From Muribaculum sp. (GTDB taxonomy: Bacteria > Bacillota > Clostridia > Lachnospirales > Lachnospiraceae), in NCBI GenBank assembly GCA_023663735.1, contig JAMPGV010000006.1:2496-66495 (forward strand): a stretch of DNA of 64,000 nucleotides, in the 5' to 3' direction. Positions within the stretch are counted from its first letter, which is position 1; the number at the start of each line of letters is the position of its first letter. The notes below the pieces were generated by a model. It had not been told where the DNA came from. It worked only from the letters and a program-made list of their open reading frames with translations, and searched no databases. Of this stretch, positions 1 to 8,872 are shown piece after piece. A program made the position numbers and the translations under genes.

Positions 1-115
1 TATCCAAAAGACCCACAAAGTTGGTGATCCCGTTCTGAATCATGATAGGCACCGCCACGCCGAGGGCCATCTTATAAAACGCTTTGTCTCCAAATAATTT
101 TTTCCGAATACTCAT
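1..115 (-). CDS. MATE family efflux transporter, N-terminal part (runs off window edge)
   Basis: Manual translation MSIRKKLFGDKAFYKMALGVAVPIMIQNGITNFVGLLD is a typical MATE N-terminus; ATG overlaps the stop of the upstream ORF (ATGA). Confidence 0.75.
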   Translation of the reverse strand, partial: MSIRKKLFGDKAFYKMALGVAVPIMIQNGITNFVGLLD

Positions 116-870
116 ATGTTTTCCTTACTGTGTTTTTGAATTTCTTCATCTTCCCCGCGGATCTCCACCCGCTCCACATGCCGCCCGGCGAGCCGCTTCA
201 TCTCCAAAAGCTCCGCCGCCTCAAATCCGCTCAATCCCGCTGCGTCCAAAACCTCCCCGCTCTCACGGTAATTCTGTATGTAATATGCCAGACAGCCTGC
301 GATCATCTCCCCGATCCGGTCAAATTCCTCCACCGTATGGATCCCTTTCACCGCAGTCGTGCGGAACTCATACGCTATGCCGCTTTGGCGCAGGAGCGTC
401 ATGCTCTCCCGGATCCGCTCCGGCTCAAAGAGAGTCCCGCACCGCTCCAATCCCGCCGCCCGGGCGTAATTCTCCTCGCAGGCCTTGATATCCATGGCCA
501 CATAATCCAACAGTTTCTCCTCCAGAAGCCGCTTCAGCACATCCGGACGGTATCCGTTGCTGTCAAGCTTGACCGCATAGCCCAGCTTGCGGACTTTGCG
601 GATAAATTCCTCCAGATCCGGCTGCAAGGCCGGTTCTCCCCCCGAGATGCACACGCCGTCCAGAATACCGCGCCGCTTCCGCAGATGCGCCAGCACTTCC
701 TCCTCCGGAATCTCCGCGGGCGTCTGTCCCTGACCGTTCCCGCTCAGGAGAACCAGTCCCGAATTCTGACAATACGGACAGCGAAAATTACAGCCACCGG
801 TGAAAACGGTGGCTGCGACATGTTCCGGATAATCCAACAAAGTAGTCTTCTGAAACCCGTAAATTTTCAT
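112..870 (-). CDS. nrdG: Anaerobic ribonucleotide reductase activating protein (radical SAM, NrdG2-like)
   Basis: GFQKTTLLDYP N-terminus, GCNFRCPYCQN CxxxCxxC motif, SGGEP, KLDSNG, YEFRTT. Confidence 0.8.
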   Translation of the reverse strand: MKIYGFQKTTLLDYPEHVAATVFTGGCNFRCPYCQNSGLVLLSGNGQGQTPAEIPEEEVLAHLRKRRGILDGVCISGGEPALQPDLEEFIRKVRKLGYAVKLDSNGYRPDVLKRLLEEKLLDYVAMDIKACEENYARAAGLERCGTLFEPERIRESMTLLRQSGIAYEFRTTAVKGIHTVEEFDRIGEMIAGCLAYYIQNYRESGEVLDAAGLSGFEAAELLEMKRLAGRHVERVEIRGEDEEIQKHSKENI

Positions 871-888
871 ACGAACGTCCCTTCTGCG

Positions 889-3156
889 TTACAGTTTCCA
901 GATATCCCGATTGTATTCCATAATCGTGCGGTCAGAGGAGAAAAATCCTGCTTTGGCAATGTTTACAAGCATCATCTTTTTCCACTTCTGTCGATTCTCA
1001 TAATCCGCAAAAACGCGGTTCTTGGCGGCAATGTAGTCCTCCAGATCCAGAAGCGTCATAAACCAGTCTTTCTTTAAAAGTTCCTTGTAGAGACGCTCCA
1101 GATTCTCCTTGCAGCCGATCTTCATGGTCTGCTCGCCCACGATAAAGTCCACCGCCTCCTTGATGACGGGACTCTTGTCATAGTAGTCTTTGGACACATA
1201 ATCCGCCTTGGCATAATGTTTGATTACGGTATCGCTCTTTTCACCAAAAATATAAATATTGTCGTCGCCCACCAACTCGTGAATCTCCACATTGGCGCCG
1301 TCGCTGGTACCCAAAGTCACCGCGCCGTTCAACATAAACTTCATGTTGCCGGTGCCGGAAGCTTCCTTGGATGCCAGTGAAATCTGCTCGGAGACGTCAC
1401 AGGCGGGGATCAGTTTCTCCGCATAGCTCACATTATAATTTTCCACCATCACCACTTTCATATAGGGGCTGACGTCGGGATCGCCGTTCACGATCTCAGA
1501 CAGCACCAAAAGCAGATGGATAATGTCCTGCGCAATCACATAAGCAGGCGCGGCTTTCGCCCCAAAGAGGAACGTCAGCGGCGTGGACGGTTTTTTGCCG
1601 CCTTTGATCTCCAGATATTTGTGGATGATATACAGTGCGTTCATCTGTTGGCGCTTATACTCATGCAGACGCTTTACCTGAATGTCAAAAATAGAATTCA
1701 CATCCAGTTCCACGCCCTCCTGTTCCTTGATATAAGCGGCAAGCTCCGCCTTTTTATTCTGCTTGATGTCAAAGAGCCTGTCCAGCACGGCCTGATCGTC
1801 CGCCTTCTCCAACAGTTTCTCCAGCTCGGCCGCATTCTTCTTGTAACCGTCGCCGATGGTCTCTGACAGGAAAGCCGCCAGCTCCCTGTTGCAGGAGAGC
1901 AGCCATCTGCGGAAGGTAATCCCGTTGGTCTTATTATTAAATTTCTCAGGATAAAGCTTATAAAAATGATTCAGCTCCGTGTCCTTCAAAATCTCCGTGT
2001 GGATGGCGGCCACGCCGTTTACGCTGTAGCCGTAGTGGATATCAATATGCGCCATATGCACGCGCTTGTCCTTGTCGATAATCTGTACCTTTTCATCTTT
2101 GTATTCCTTGGCCACGCGGTTGGAAAGCTCTTTGATAATCGGCACCAGCTGAGGCACTACCTCCTCGATATAAGCTAACGGCCATTTCTCCAAAGCCTCC
2201 GCCAGAATCGTATGGTTCGTGTAAGCACAGGTCTTGCTCACCACCTCCACCGCATCGTTCATGGTGAAGCCCTCCTCCCAGGTAAGGATTCGGATCAGTT
2301 CCGGAATCACCAAGGTGGGATGGGTATCGTTGATCTGAATCGCCACATACTCGTTCATTCTGTGCAGATCCTGCCCCTTGGCCTTCATCTCTTTCAAAAT
2401 CAGCTGCGCGCCGTTGCACACCATAAAATATTCTTGATAAATGCGCAGAAGATTGCCCGCCTCGTCGGAATCGTCCGGATAGAGGAACAGTGTCAGATTC
2501 TTGTCCACGGCGGTCTTGTCAAAATCAATGCCCTTCTTCACCAGACTCTCGTCCACGGACTCCAGATCGAATAAATGAAGCTTATTGACGCCGTTTTCAT
2601 AGCCAATGATATCAATGTCATAAAGTACGGAGGTCACTTTACCCGCCCCGAAAGACACCTCAAACTTCGTTCCGGTCTCCGCAAGCCACGAGGGACGCTC
2701 AATCCACTCGTTCTTCTCCGCGCGCTGCTTGTAATCCTGAAACACCTGTCTGAACAGCCCGAAATGATAATTCAGGCCGATGCCGTCGCCGGGCAGCCCC
2801 AGCGTGGCGATGGAGTCCAGAAAACAGGCGGCAAGCCGTCCCAGACCGCCGTTGCCCAGAGAGGGTTCCGGCTCAATCTCCTCGATCTGCGCAAGGCTCT
2901 TGCCATGATCCGCCAGAATCTTCTGCAGCTCGTCATAAATGCCCAGATTAATCAAATTGTTGGAGAGCAGCTTCCCGATCAGGAACTCCATGGAAATATA
3001 ATAAACTTTTTTGCCGCCCGTGATGGCGGGCGCCTGCTCGGCACGGTCTTTGACCAGCTGCAAAATGCTCTCATAGAGCTGTACATGCGTACATGCGCCG
3101 ATCTCTTTACCGAATATCCTGCCTGTAATTGCATTCAACTGCTGTTCCAAATTCAT
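889..3156 (-). CDS. glgP: Glycogen/maltodextrin phosphorylase
   Basis: [40 protein letters not shown] (PLP lysine). Start moved to ATG 3156 (MNLEQQL) with GGAGGAG RBS. Confidence 0.95.
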   Translation of the reverse strand: MNLEQQLNAITGRIFGKEIGACTHVQLYESILQLVKDRAEQAPAITGGKKVYYISMEFLIGKLLSNNLINLGIYDELQKILADHGKSLAQIEEIEPEPSLGNGGLGRLAACFLDSIATLGLPGDGIGLNYHFGLFRQVFQDYKQRAEKNEWIERPSWLAETGTKFEVSFGAGKVTSVLYDIDIIGYENGVNKLHLFDLESVDESLVKKGIDFDKTAVDKNLTLFLYPDDSDEAGNLLRIYQEYFMVCNGAQLILKEMKAKGQDLHRMNEYVAIQINDTHPTLVIPELIRILTWEEGFTMNDAVEVVSKTCAYTNHTILAEALEKWPLAYIEEVVPQLVPIIKELSNRVAKEYKDEKVQIIDKDKRVHMAHIDIHYGYSVNGVAAIHTEILKDTELNHFYKLYPEKFNNKTNGITFRRWLLSCNRELAAFLSETIGDGYKKNAAELEKLLEKADDQAVLDRLFDIKQNKKAELAAYIKEQEGVELDVNSIFDIQVKRLHEYKRQQMNALYIIHKYLEIKGGKKPSTPLTFLFGAKAAPAYVIAQDIIHLLLVLSEIVNGDPDVSPYMKVVMVENYNVSYAEKLIPACDVSEQISLASKEASGTGNMKFMLNGAVTLGTSDGANVEIHELVGDDNIYIFGEKSDTVIKHYAKADYVSKDYYDKSPVIKEAVDFIVGEQTMKIGCKENLERLYKELLKKDWFMTLLDLEDYIAAKNRVFADYENRQKWKKMMLVNIAKAGFFSSDRTIMEYNRDIWKL

Positions 3157-3225
3157 GGTTCTCCTCCGTTCCTGCCCGTTCCGGCAATCCGGATCTGAGC
3201 ATACTGTGCCTCCATTAACTTCACT

Positions 3226-3254
3226 ATCATAGCATAAGCATTTACCGATTGCAA
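3226..3254 (-). promoter_or_regulatory. Sigma-A-like promoter of glgP
   Basis: Minus strand TTGCAA-17 nt-TATGAT with extended TG. Confidence 0.6.
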
Positions 3255-3258
3255 GCAT

Positions 3259-4623
3259 TTATACATGCCTCAAACTGCTGAAACTACGCTCAAGCTCCAC
3301 CACATCCTGCACCCTGCTGCCGTGGCGGTGATGCAGAATATCACCCCGCGCCTCTGTCCCGTCAGCCGGCCCCGGCTCCTCCACACCGCTCTGTGTGATC
3401 TCCGGGATCCCCTTCAGATACCGCTCCAAATCCACAATCCTTCCATTGACAGGCGCCTGCCCTCTGCGGAAAACCCAGCAGCTGCCCACGGGCATGTTCA
3501 GAATTTTCTCCATCGGAAGATTGCAGCGCTGTGCTACGGCGTCCGCCGTATCCAGATCGTTTCCGCCCAGATAGACATAATTGTCGCAGTTGCCGATGAT
3601 CGTCCTGCCGTCCTCGCCATACGCATGATTCAGCTGGGATTCCGCTTGAACCATCAACATGACGGAGATACCCCGGGAACGGATGGAAGCAATCATTCTG
3701 GGAAATTCCGCAATCTTGCAGTTGGTGGCGAAGTCATCCAAAATAAATCGCACTGGAACGGGAAGCTCGCTGTTGGCGCATTCGTTGTCCGCATAGGTGC
3801 AGAGTTCATTCATCGCCTGCGTGAAGAACAGATTCACCAGATTGTCCAGCGAGCGGTCGTTGTCGCTCACCACCACAAACAGCGCGGTCTTCCGCTTTCC
3901 GATGGATGTGATATCCAAAGTGTCCTTGGCAAGCATCCGGCGCAGTTCCTTGGTGTCGAAAGCGCCCATTTTCGACGTGGCCGTGATCAGAATGCTCTTT
4001 AACGTCTTGCTGGCCGCAATGCGGAATCTCCGATAATGCCTCACGGCGAAACTGTCCTGCTTCTCTTTCTCCGCCTTCTGCATCATGATATCCAGCGTAT
4101 TGAGCGCATCCCCGTCGTCCTCTTCCACCCGGCACTCGTCTATGAGCAGCATCATATTTTCCAAAGTCCTCTCATCCCAGCTGCAGAATTCCCACAGATA
4201 GCCGATGACGGACTCGAACAAAAGCTGAGCCGCCTGATCCCAGAAGGGATCTACGGTGCGGACGCCCTGCGCCTCCCCGTCATAGACAAGCATATGCGCA
4301 ATTTTCACAATATCCTGCTCGCTTCTGATATAACGGAAAAAATTATAGTGTTCGGACTGATCCGGATGAATGAAGTCCAGCTTTTTCACCACATATCCCC
4401 TGCTCTGCAAAAATGCCCCATACTTGCGGTGCAGATTCCCCTTGGGATCCGACACCACATAACTCCCGTTCGCCAAAAGCAGATTGGGCGTCACGATGCC
4501 CCGGGTCTTCCCGGTGCCGGAAGCGCCCACCACCAGCACATTATTGTTCAATCCCGTCTCATAGCAGTCCATGCTATAAGAGAGATTTTCCGCCAGAATC
4601 AGTTCTCCTGCGTCCCTTTTCAT
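3259..4623 (-). CDS. VirD4/TraG-like ATPase without an N-terminal membrane anchor
   Basis: Walker A VVGASGTGKT, VVSDPKG, DPFWD, ILDDF Walker B, SIRSRGIS, GNCD; ATG 4623 overlaps the ClpP stop (ATGA). Confidence 0.85.
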   Translation of the reverse strand: MKRDAGELILAENLSYSMDCYETGLNNNVLVVGASGTGKTRGIVTPNLLLANGSYVVSDPKGNLHRKYGAFLQSRGYVVKKLDFIHPDQSEHYNFFRYIRSEQDIVKIAHMLVYDGEAQGVRTVDPFWDQAAQLLFESVIGYLWEFCSWDERTLENMMLLIDECRVEEDDGDALNTLDIMMQKAEKEKQDSFAVRHYRRFRIAASKTLKSILITATSKMGAFDTKELRRMLAKDTLDITSIGKRKTALFVVVSDNDRSLDNLVNLFFTQAMNELCTYADNECANSELPVPVRFILDDFATNCKIAEFPRMIASIRSRGISVMLMVQAESQLNHAYGEDGRTIIGNCDNYVYLGGNDLDTADAVAQRCNLPMEKILNMPVGSCWVFRRGQAPVNGRIVDLERYLKGIPEITQSGVEEPGPADGTEARGDILHHRHGSRVQDVVELERSFSSLRHV

Positions 4624-5216
4624 ACGATTTTCTCCTTTATCCCGTCGCACAGTCCGAATGCCACGGATTCCTCCGCATTCAGATACCGTTCGCATCCGGT
4701 TGCCCGCTCAATCTCCTCCGGCGTTCTGCCCGTATGCTTCGCCAGAAGGCCGTTCACAATCCGTTTGGTCTCCCGCAAGGATTCCTTAAGATCCTGACCG
4801 GAAGAAACGGCAAAACCCTCCATGCCTCCCAAAGCCACCGGCCTGTGGAGCATGGTTCTGGAGTGCGGCAGGATAAAACGTCTGCCCTTCTGTCCGCCCG
4901 CCAGAATCAGCGCCGCCACGGAAGCCGCCATGCCCGTACACCACAGATTGACGGGCGTCTCCACCGACTGCAGGACATCGTAGATCATCAATCCGGCGCC
5001 CGCATCGCCGCCGGAACTGTTGAGATAGAGATCAATGGGCTTCTCCTCGTCCGCCAGATAAAGGATCTGGGAGAGCAGCATATCCGCCATCTCCTGATCA
5101 ATCTCACCCTGTAAAAAAATCTTTCTGTTCATCAGATGCTTGGTATACAGCGAAATCTCCCGCACCCCGCTGTGGGATTCCTCTATGATCGAAGGGATCC
5201 ATCCCATATTGTTCAC
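4620..5216 (-). CDS. clpP: ClpP-family protease subunit, divergent
   Basis: RKIFLQGEID, LYLNSSGG, GMAASVAA (Ser), MLHRP (His); likely GTG start at 5216 overlapping the TIR gene stop, alternative ATG 5207. Confidence 0.85.
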   Translation of the reverse strand: MNNMGWIPSIIEESHSGVREISLYTKHLMNRKIFLQGEIDQEMADMLLSQILYLADEEKPIDLYLNSSGGDAGAGLMIYDVLQSVETPVNLWCTGMAASVAALILAGGQKGRRFILPHSRTMLHRPVALGGMEGFAVSSGQDLKESLRETKRIVNGLLAKHTGRTPEEIERATGCERYLNAEESVAFGLCDGIKEKIV

Positions 5217-8200
5217 CGCGCTTCCTCCTCTCCCTGAACCCAACGTTCATACTGCTCTTGCAAACGCTCCACCGCTTCCTCGTCCAACCATACGCCCTGC
5301 AAATCCAAGCCTACCGAACCACCCGCCATCGTATACGTCCCAAAAACCGCTTCGCCGTCCTCCACAGCGGAATCCTCTCCAGCGTCCTTCGCAATGGAAT
5401 CCTCCCGGCATACGCGCACGGTTCTGCTCCGCCCGGCCGACGCCGTCATCGCGGTAATCAGCTCCGCGAAACTTCTCTCCGCAAAATTCTCATATGCGAA
5501 AAAGTTCCAGCCGTCATACTGCAAAACGATATCGCCGCTTTGGATTCCCGCCAGATCCGCCGAACTGCCCTCCGTGACATGATCCACACACATCGTCATG
5601 ATTGACGTGCGCTTCAGCCGATTCTGCTCGTCATAATACTGTTTGGCCGTGGCCAGTCCCTTTTCGTCATAGAAATAGACAATCCGGGAAACACCGTTTT
5701 CATATCGAAACAGCTCCCCCGCCTCGTTGTAGGAAGCATTCTCCACCTCATTCCCCATGGCGTCATAGCGGATGGAAAGGGTCGCTGCATATCCGCTGCC
5801 CTGTGTCAGCAGTCGTTCCTGCTCATCATAACAATCATACCGGATCACGCGCCCCACCGGATCGTAAACCATTTCTTTGACGGCATACCCGTCCGAGCCT
5901 GACACAATCCGGCGGCTGCTGTCATAAAACACCTCTCGGACGCACTCGCCCTTTACATTGTAAGTTTTTGCGGTACAGGCAATGCCGTCCGCATCTGTGA
6001 TGACCTTGCCGTCGCGGTTATATTTCCAGACTTCCGTTTGATTCCCATACGCATCATAAGTATAAGTCACTTTTCCGATAAAAGAACGCTCTTTCCCGCC
6101 GTTTTTCCCGGAACCATTGTACAGTCTTCTCTCGGCAGTCAAGCCGTTCTCGTAGTAGTCCGTTTCCACGCAGTCTACCAGTTCCTGCTCTTTATTATAA
6201 TAGGAGTTCTGAACCGCCCGGTCGCATTCATCCCGCGTCCATTCAGCGATGGCGATTCCGTCCGAATCTTCGCAAAGCTGTCCCTGTTCATCCAGCGAAT
6301 ACTGCCGGATCAGATTGTCCCGCTCGTCGTATTCATTACAAGTCGTGCGCCGGATCTCGGTTCCGTCCCCGCCCAGCGCGCAGGACAGCGTCCGCAGGAG
6401 ATTCCCCTTCCGGTCATATTCCATCTCCTGTGCATAGACCCGCCCCTTGGCAGGCGTCCCGTCCTCGTCCAGATACCGGTCGGAAACCAGCCTCCCCTTC
6501 TCGTCATAAGCCAGTTCTTCGATGGCGTATCCGTCCGAATTGTTCCGAAGACTGCCCTTGTAATCATAATAGGCGTAACGGATGCAGTTGCCCCGCTCAT
6601 CATATTCCATCTGCGTTTCACAGGTGCCGTCCACCTGAACCACTTCTCCGTCTTTATCATAGTACCGGATTCTGGTGGCCCACCCGTAAGGCCCGTACTC
6701 TGCCTCCCGACGCACATATTTTCCGCCCGCATAATTGATATAGCAGGGCTTCCCCTCCGTGTCATAATACTGCTGCACGGTCACATTGCCGTCTCTGTCA
6801 TACTCCCTGCGGATCAGCGCCGCCCCGTAATCATTGCTGCAGGGCTGGCCGTTCTCATCCAGATAAGAGACGGCGGTCAGCTGTCCTGCCGGATCATATT
6901 CATAGACGATGGATGCGGCGTTATAGCAGGAGCGGATCGGATTGCCCTCCGCGTCATAATATGCGGTCTCTGCTACCAGACCCTGTTCGTTGAGCCGCTC
7001 CCGCGCGATGGCAAACCCTTTCCGATTGATCGCCACATTCCCTTCCCTGTCGTAATAAGTCCATTGAACCGTCCGGCCGCCCTCCAGAAACTCTTTGGTA
7101 AATCCCGCCTCGCCGTTATTGTCGGATGCGCAGGCCAACTCCCCGTCCAAGCCGTAATACCACATGGCGACGATCCGACCCTGCTCATCATATTCCCACG
7201 ATGCCCCCGCATAACCGTCCATGCCGCCAACCGCCGGATTGCCCTCGCCGTCGTAATACTGCATGGCGGTGCGCCGCCCTTTCTCATCATGCCGATACAC
7301 CGTCCGGACCACGCCCACCTCCTTGTCATAGGCAAGCGCACCCTCCGCATCCTCTGCATAAATCTCCGTCAAAAAACCCTGATCGTTATATTCCAGCTCA
7401 TATTGGCACACGCCGCCGATATTCGGACTAAGCTCTCCTTCCGCATCCAGACAGCAGGCATAGACCGCCCTCCCGAACTCGTCATACCGGTACTCCCAGC
7501 AGAAGACATGCTCCTCGTCCAGCGTCGGATTACCCTCCGCGTCATACACCGCATATCGGACAATGCGCCCGCAATCGTCATATTCATAATCGGTATAGGC
7601 CACCGACGTGCCGCCGTATTGAATCCTAAGCGGCTCTCCGTCCTTGCCCAGATGCACCACGCGCCGGATCTGCCCCTTCTCGTCCCGGATATACTGCTTT
7701 CCGTAGATGCCGTTATTGTCGCAGACAGGGGTGTTGCGGCTGTCCCACATATACAGCACTTGAACCAGATAACCGTTCTCGTCATATTCCTGCAGCTGAC
7801 GGGCAATTTCGCTTTTCCCCGACAACAGCGCGCTCAACTCCATTCCCATGCTGGAACCCAGATTGGCGGGAAGCGTTCCAAATCCCGTATCGTCGTGCGG
7901 ATTCCGAAAATCCACCGCGCTCAGGCTCTGGGTATAACTTTTTACCATCTCCACTTCGCCGCTGTCCGTCTTCTGCGTGACAGAGTCCAGATTGCCCTCC
8001 TCGCCGTAGGAATATTCTATGTAGGGCAGTTCGTCGATGGCAAACGCAACCGCTCCGTCCGTTATCGTTCCCACGGAATTCACTCGCTCCAGCCGGATCA
8101 CCCGCCCCCTTCTGGTTACGATTTTATAATAATCATGGGCGGCTTTCCGGTCTCTTGCGCTGACTTCCACAAGCCCCACCGGAGTCTCGTTGCGATAGAC

Positions 8201-8836
8201 ATAGCTCCAATAATAAGCGCTGTGCGGCGTCTCATACCAGACAATCCCCCCGCACGCCGCCAGAAATGCCGCCGCAACCCCTGCTGCAGCCAGTCTGCGT
8301 CTGCGCGTTCTCCGCCTGTCCCGCATCACCAGCTGATCGTAACGCAGCTGCATCAGAGAAGCAATGACCCGCAGCACGGCTCTGCTGCGTCCCAGCTCCG
8401 GGACGCTCACTCCCAGCAGCTCCTCCTCCGGATAGCGAAGCAGGGCGGGATTATAACATTCCCTCGCGCTGTCCGCCGCATGAGGCTCTCCTTCCACGAT
8501 CAGCGGAATAATCTTCCGCCCGCGCCCCAGCTCCTGAAAATAGGCAATCTCCTTCGTGACCCATTCGGCACGGGCGCTGTCCGGCGAACAGATCACGATC
8601 AGATATTCCGATTCCTCCAGCTGGCGCTTTAGCTGCTCCCACAGAACGCCGCTAGGCAGATCAGTCTTGTCGCGGAAAACGGGGAAGATTTTGCCGGGAA
8701 GATCCTGATTCTCCCGGCGCAGGGAAATGGGAAAGCGATAAGTTTCCAGCTTCCGCTGAATCCATTTTGCCCACTTCTCATCCGTGCGGCTGTAACTGAT
8801 AAACGCATAATATTCGTATTCTCTTTTTTCCATCAT
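5213..8836 (-). CDS. TIR domain - transmembrane helix - YD-like repeat array - PDZ protein (1207 aa)
   Basis: YAFISYSRTD...LIVICSPDSARAEWVTKEI (TIR with conserved Glu); RRRTRRRR then hydrophobic helix; roughly 20 YxYDxxGxxxxxxYYDxxG repeats; VTEGSSADLAGIQSGDIVLQYDG is PDZ-like. Confidence 0.85.
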   Translation of the reverse strand: MMEKREYEYYAFISYSRTDEKWAKWIQRKLETYRFPISLRRENQDLPGKIFPVFRDKTDLPSGVLWEQLKRQLEESEYLIVICSPDSARAEWVTKEIAYFQELGRGRKIIPLIVEGEPHAADSARECYNPALLRYPEEELLGVSVPELGRSRAVLRVIASLMQLRYDQLVMRDRRRTRRRRLAAAGVAAAFLAACGGIVWYETPHSAYYWSYVYRNETPVGLVEVSARDRKAAHDYYKIVTRRGRVIRLERVNSVGTITDGAVAFAIDELPYIEYSYGEEGNLDSVTQKTDSGEVEMVKSYTQSLSAVDFRNPHDDTGFGTLPANLGSSMGMELSALLSGKSEIARQLQEYDENGYLVQVLYMWDSRNTPVCDNNGIYGKQYIRDEKGQIRRVVHLGKDGEPLRIQYGGTSVAYTDYEYDDCGRIVRYAVYDAEGNPTLDEEHVFCWEYRYDEFGRAVYACCLDAEGELSPNIGGVCQYELEYNDQGFLTEIYAEDAEGALAYDKEVGVVRTVYRHDEKGRRTAMQYYDGEGNPAVGGMDGYAGASWEYDEQGRIVAMWYYGLDGELACASDNNGEAGFTKEFLEGGRTVQWTYYDREGNVAINRKGFAIARERLNEQGLVAETAYYDAEGNPIRSCYNAASIVYEYDPAGQLTAVSYLDENGQPCSNDYGAALIRREYDRDGNVTVQQYYDTEGKPCYINYAGGKYVRREAEYGPYGWATRIRYYDKDGEVVQVDGTCETQMEYDERGNCIRYAYYDYKGSLRNNSDGYAIEELAYDEKGRLVSDRYLDEDGTPAKGRVYAQEMEYDRKGNLLRTLSCALGGDGTEIRRTTCNEYDERDNLIRQYSLDEQGQLCEDSDGIAIAEWTRDECDRAVQNSYYNKEQELVDCVETDYYENGLTAERRLYNGSGKNGGKERSFIGKVTYTYDAYGNQTEVWKYNRDGKVITDADGIACTAKTYNVKGECVREVFYDSSRRIVSGSDGYAVKEMVYDPVGRVIRYDCYDEQERLLTQGSGYAATLSIRYDAMGNEVENASYNEAGELFRYENGVSRIVYFYDEKGLATAKQYYDEQNRLKRTSIMTMCVDHVTEGSSADLAGIQSGDIVLQYDGWNFFAYENFAERSFAELITAMTASAGRSRTVRVCREDSIAKDAGEDSAVEDGEAVFGTYTMAGGSVGLDLQGVWLDEEAVERLQEQYERWVQGEEEAR

Positions 8837-8872
8837 GCCTCACATTCCGCCGCTTCACCCTTGGCTGCACCC

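Noticed and set aside
112-3156. nrdG-like gene downstream of glgP without nrdD
   Set aside because: Most likely ordinary gene shuffling; nothing in the sequence suggests a functional link.
3259-4695. Integrative conjugative element suggested by the VirD4-like gene
   Set aside because: No relaxase, VirB4, integrase or att repeats nearby.
6038-8632. Long antisense ORFs (also 9344-11224, 22622-24445, 60572-62176 and many shorter)
   Set aside because: Shadow frames opposite well-supported genes in GC-rich DNA, with no recognisable motifs.
5213-8836. RHS/YD polymorphic toxin
   Set aside because: No RHS core PxxxxDPxG, no toxin tip or immunity gene; TIR-TM N-terminus and PDZ C-terminus fit a receptor better.
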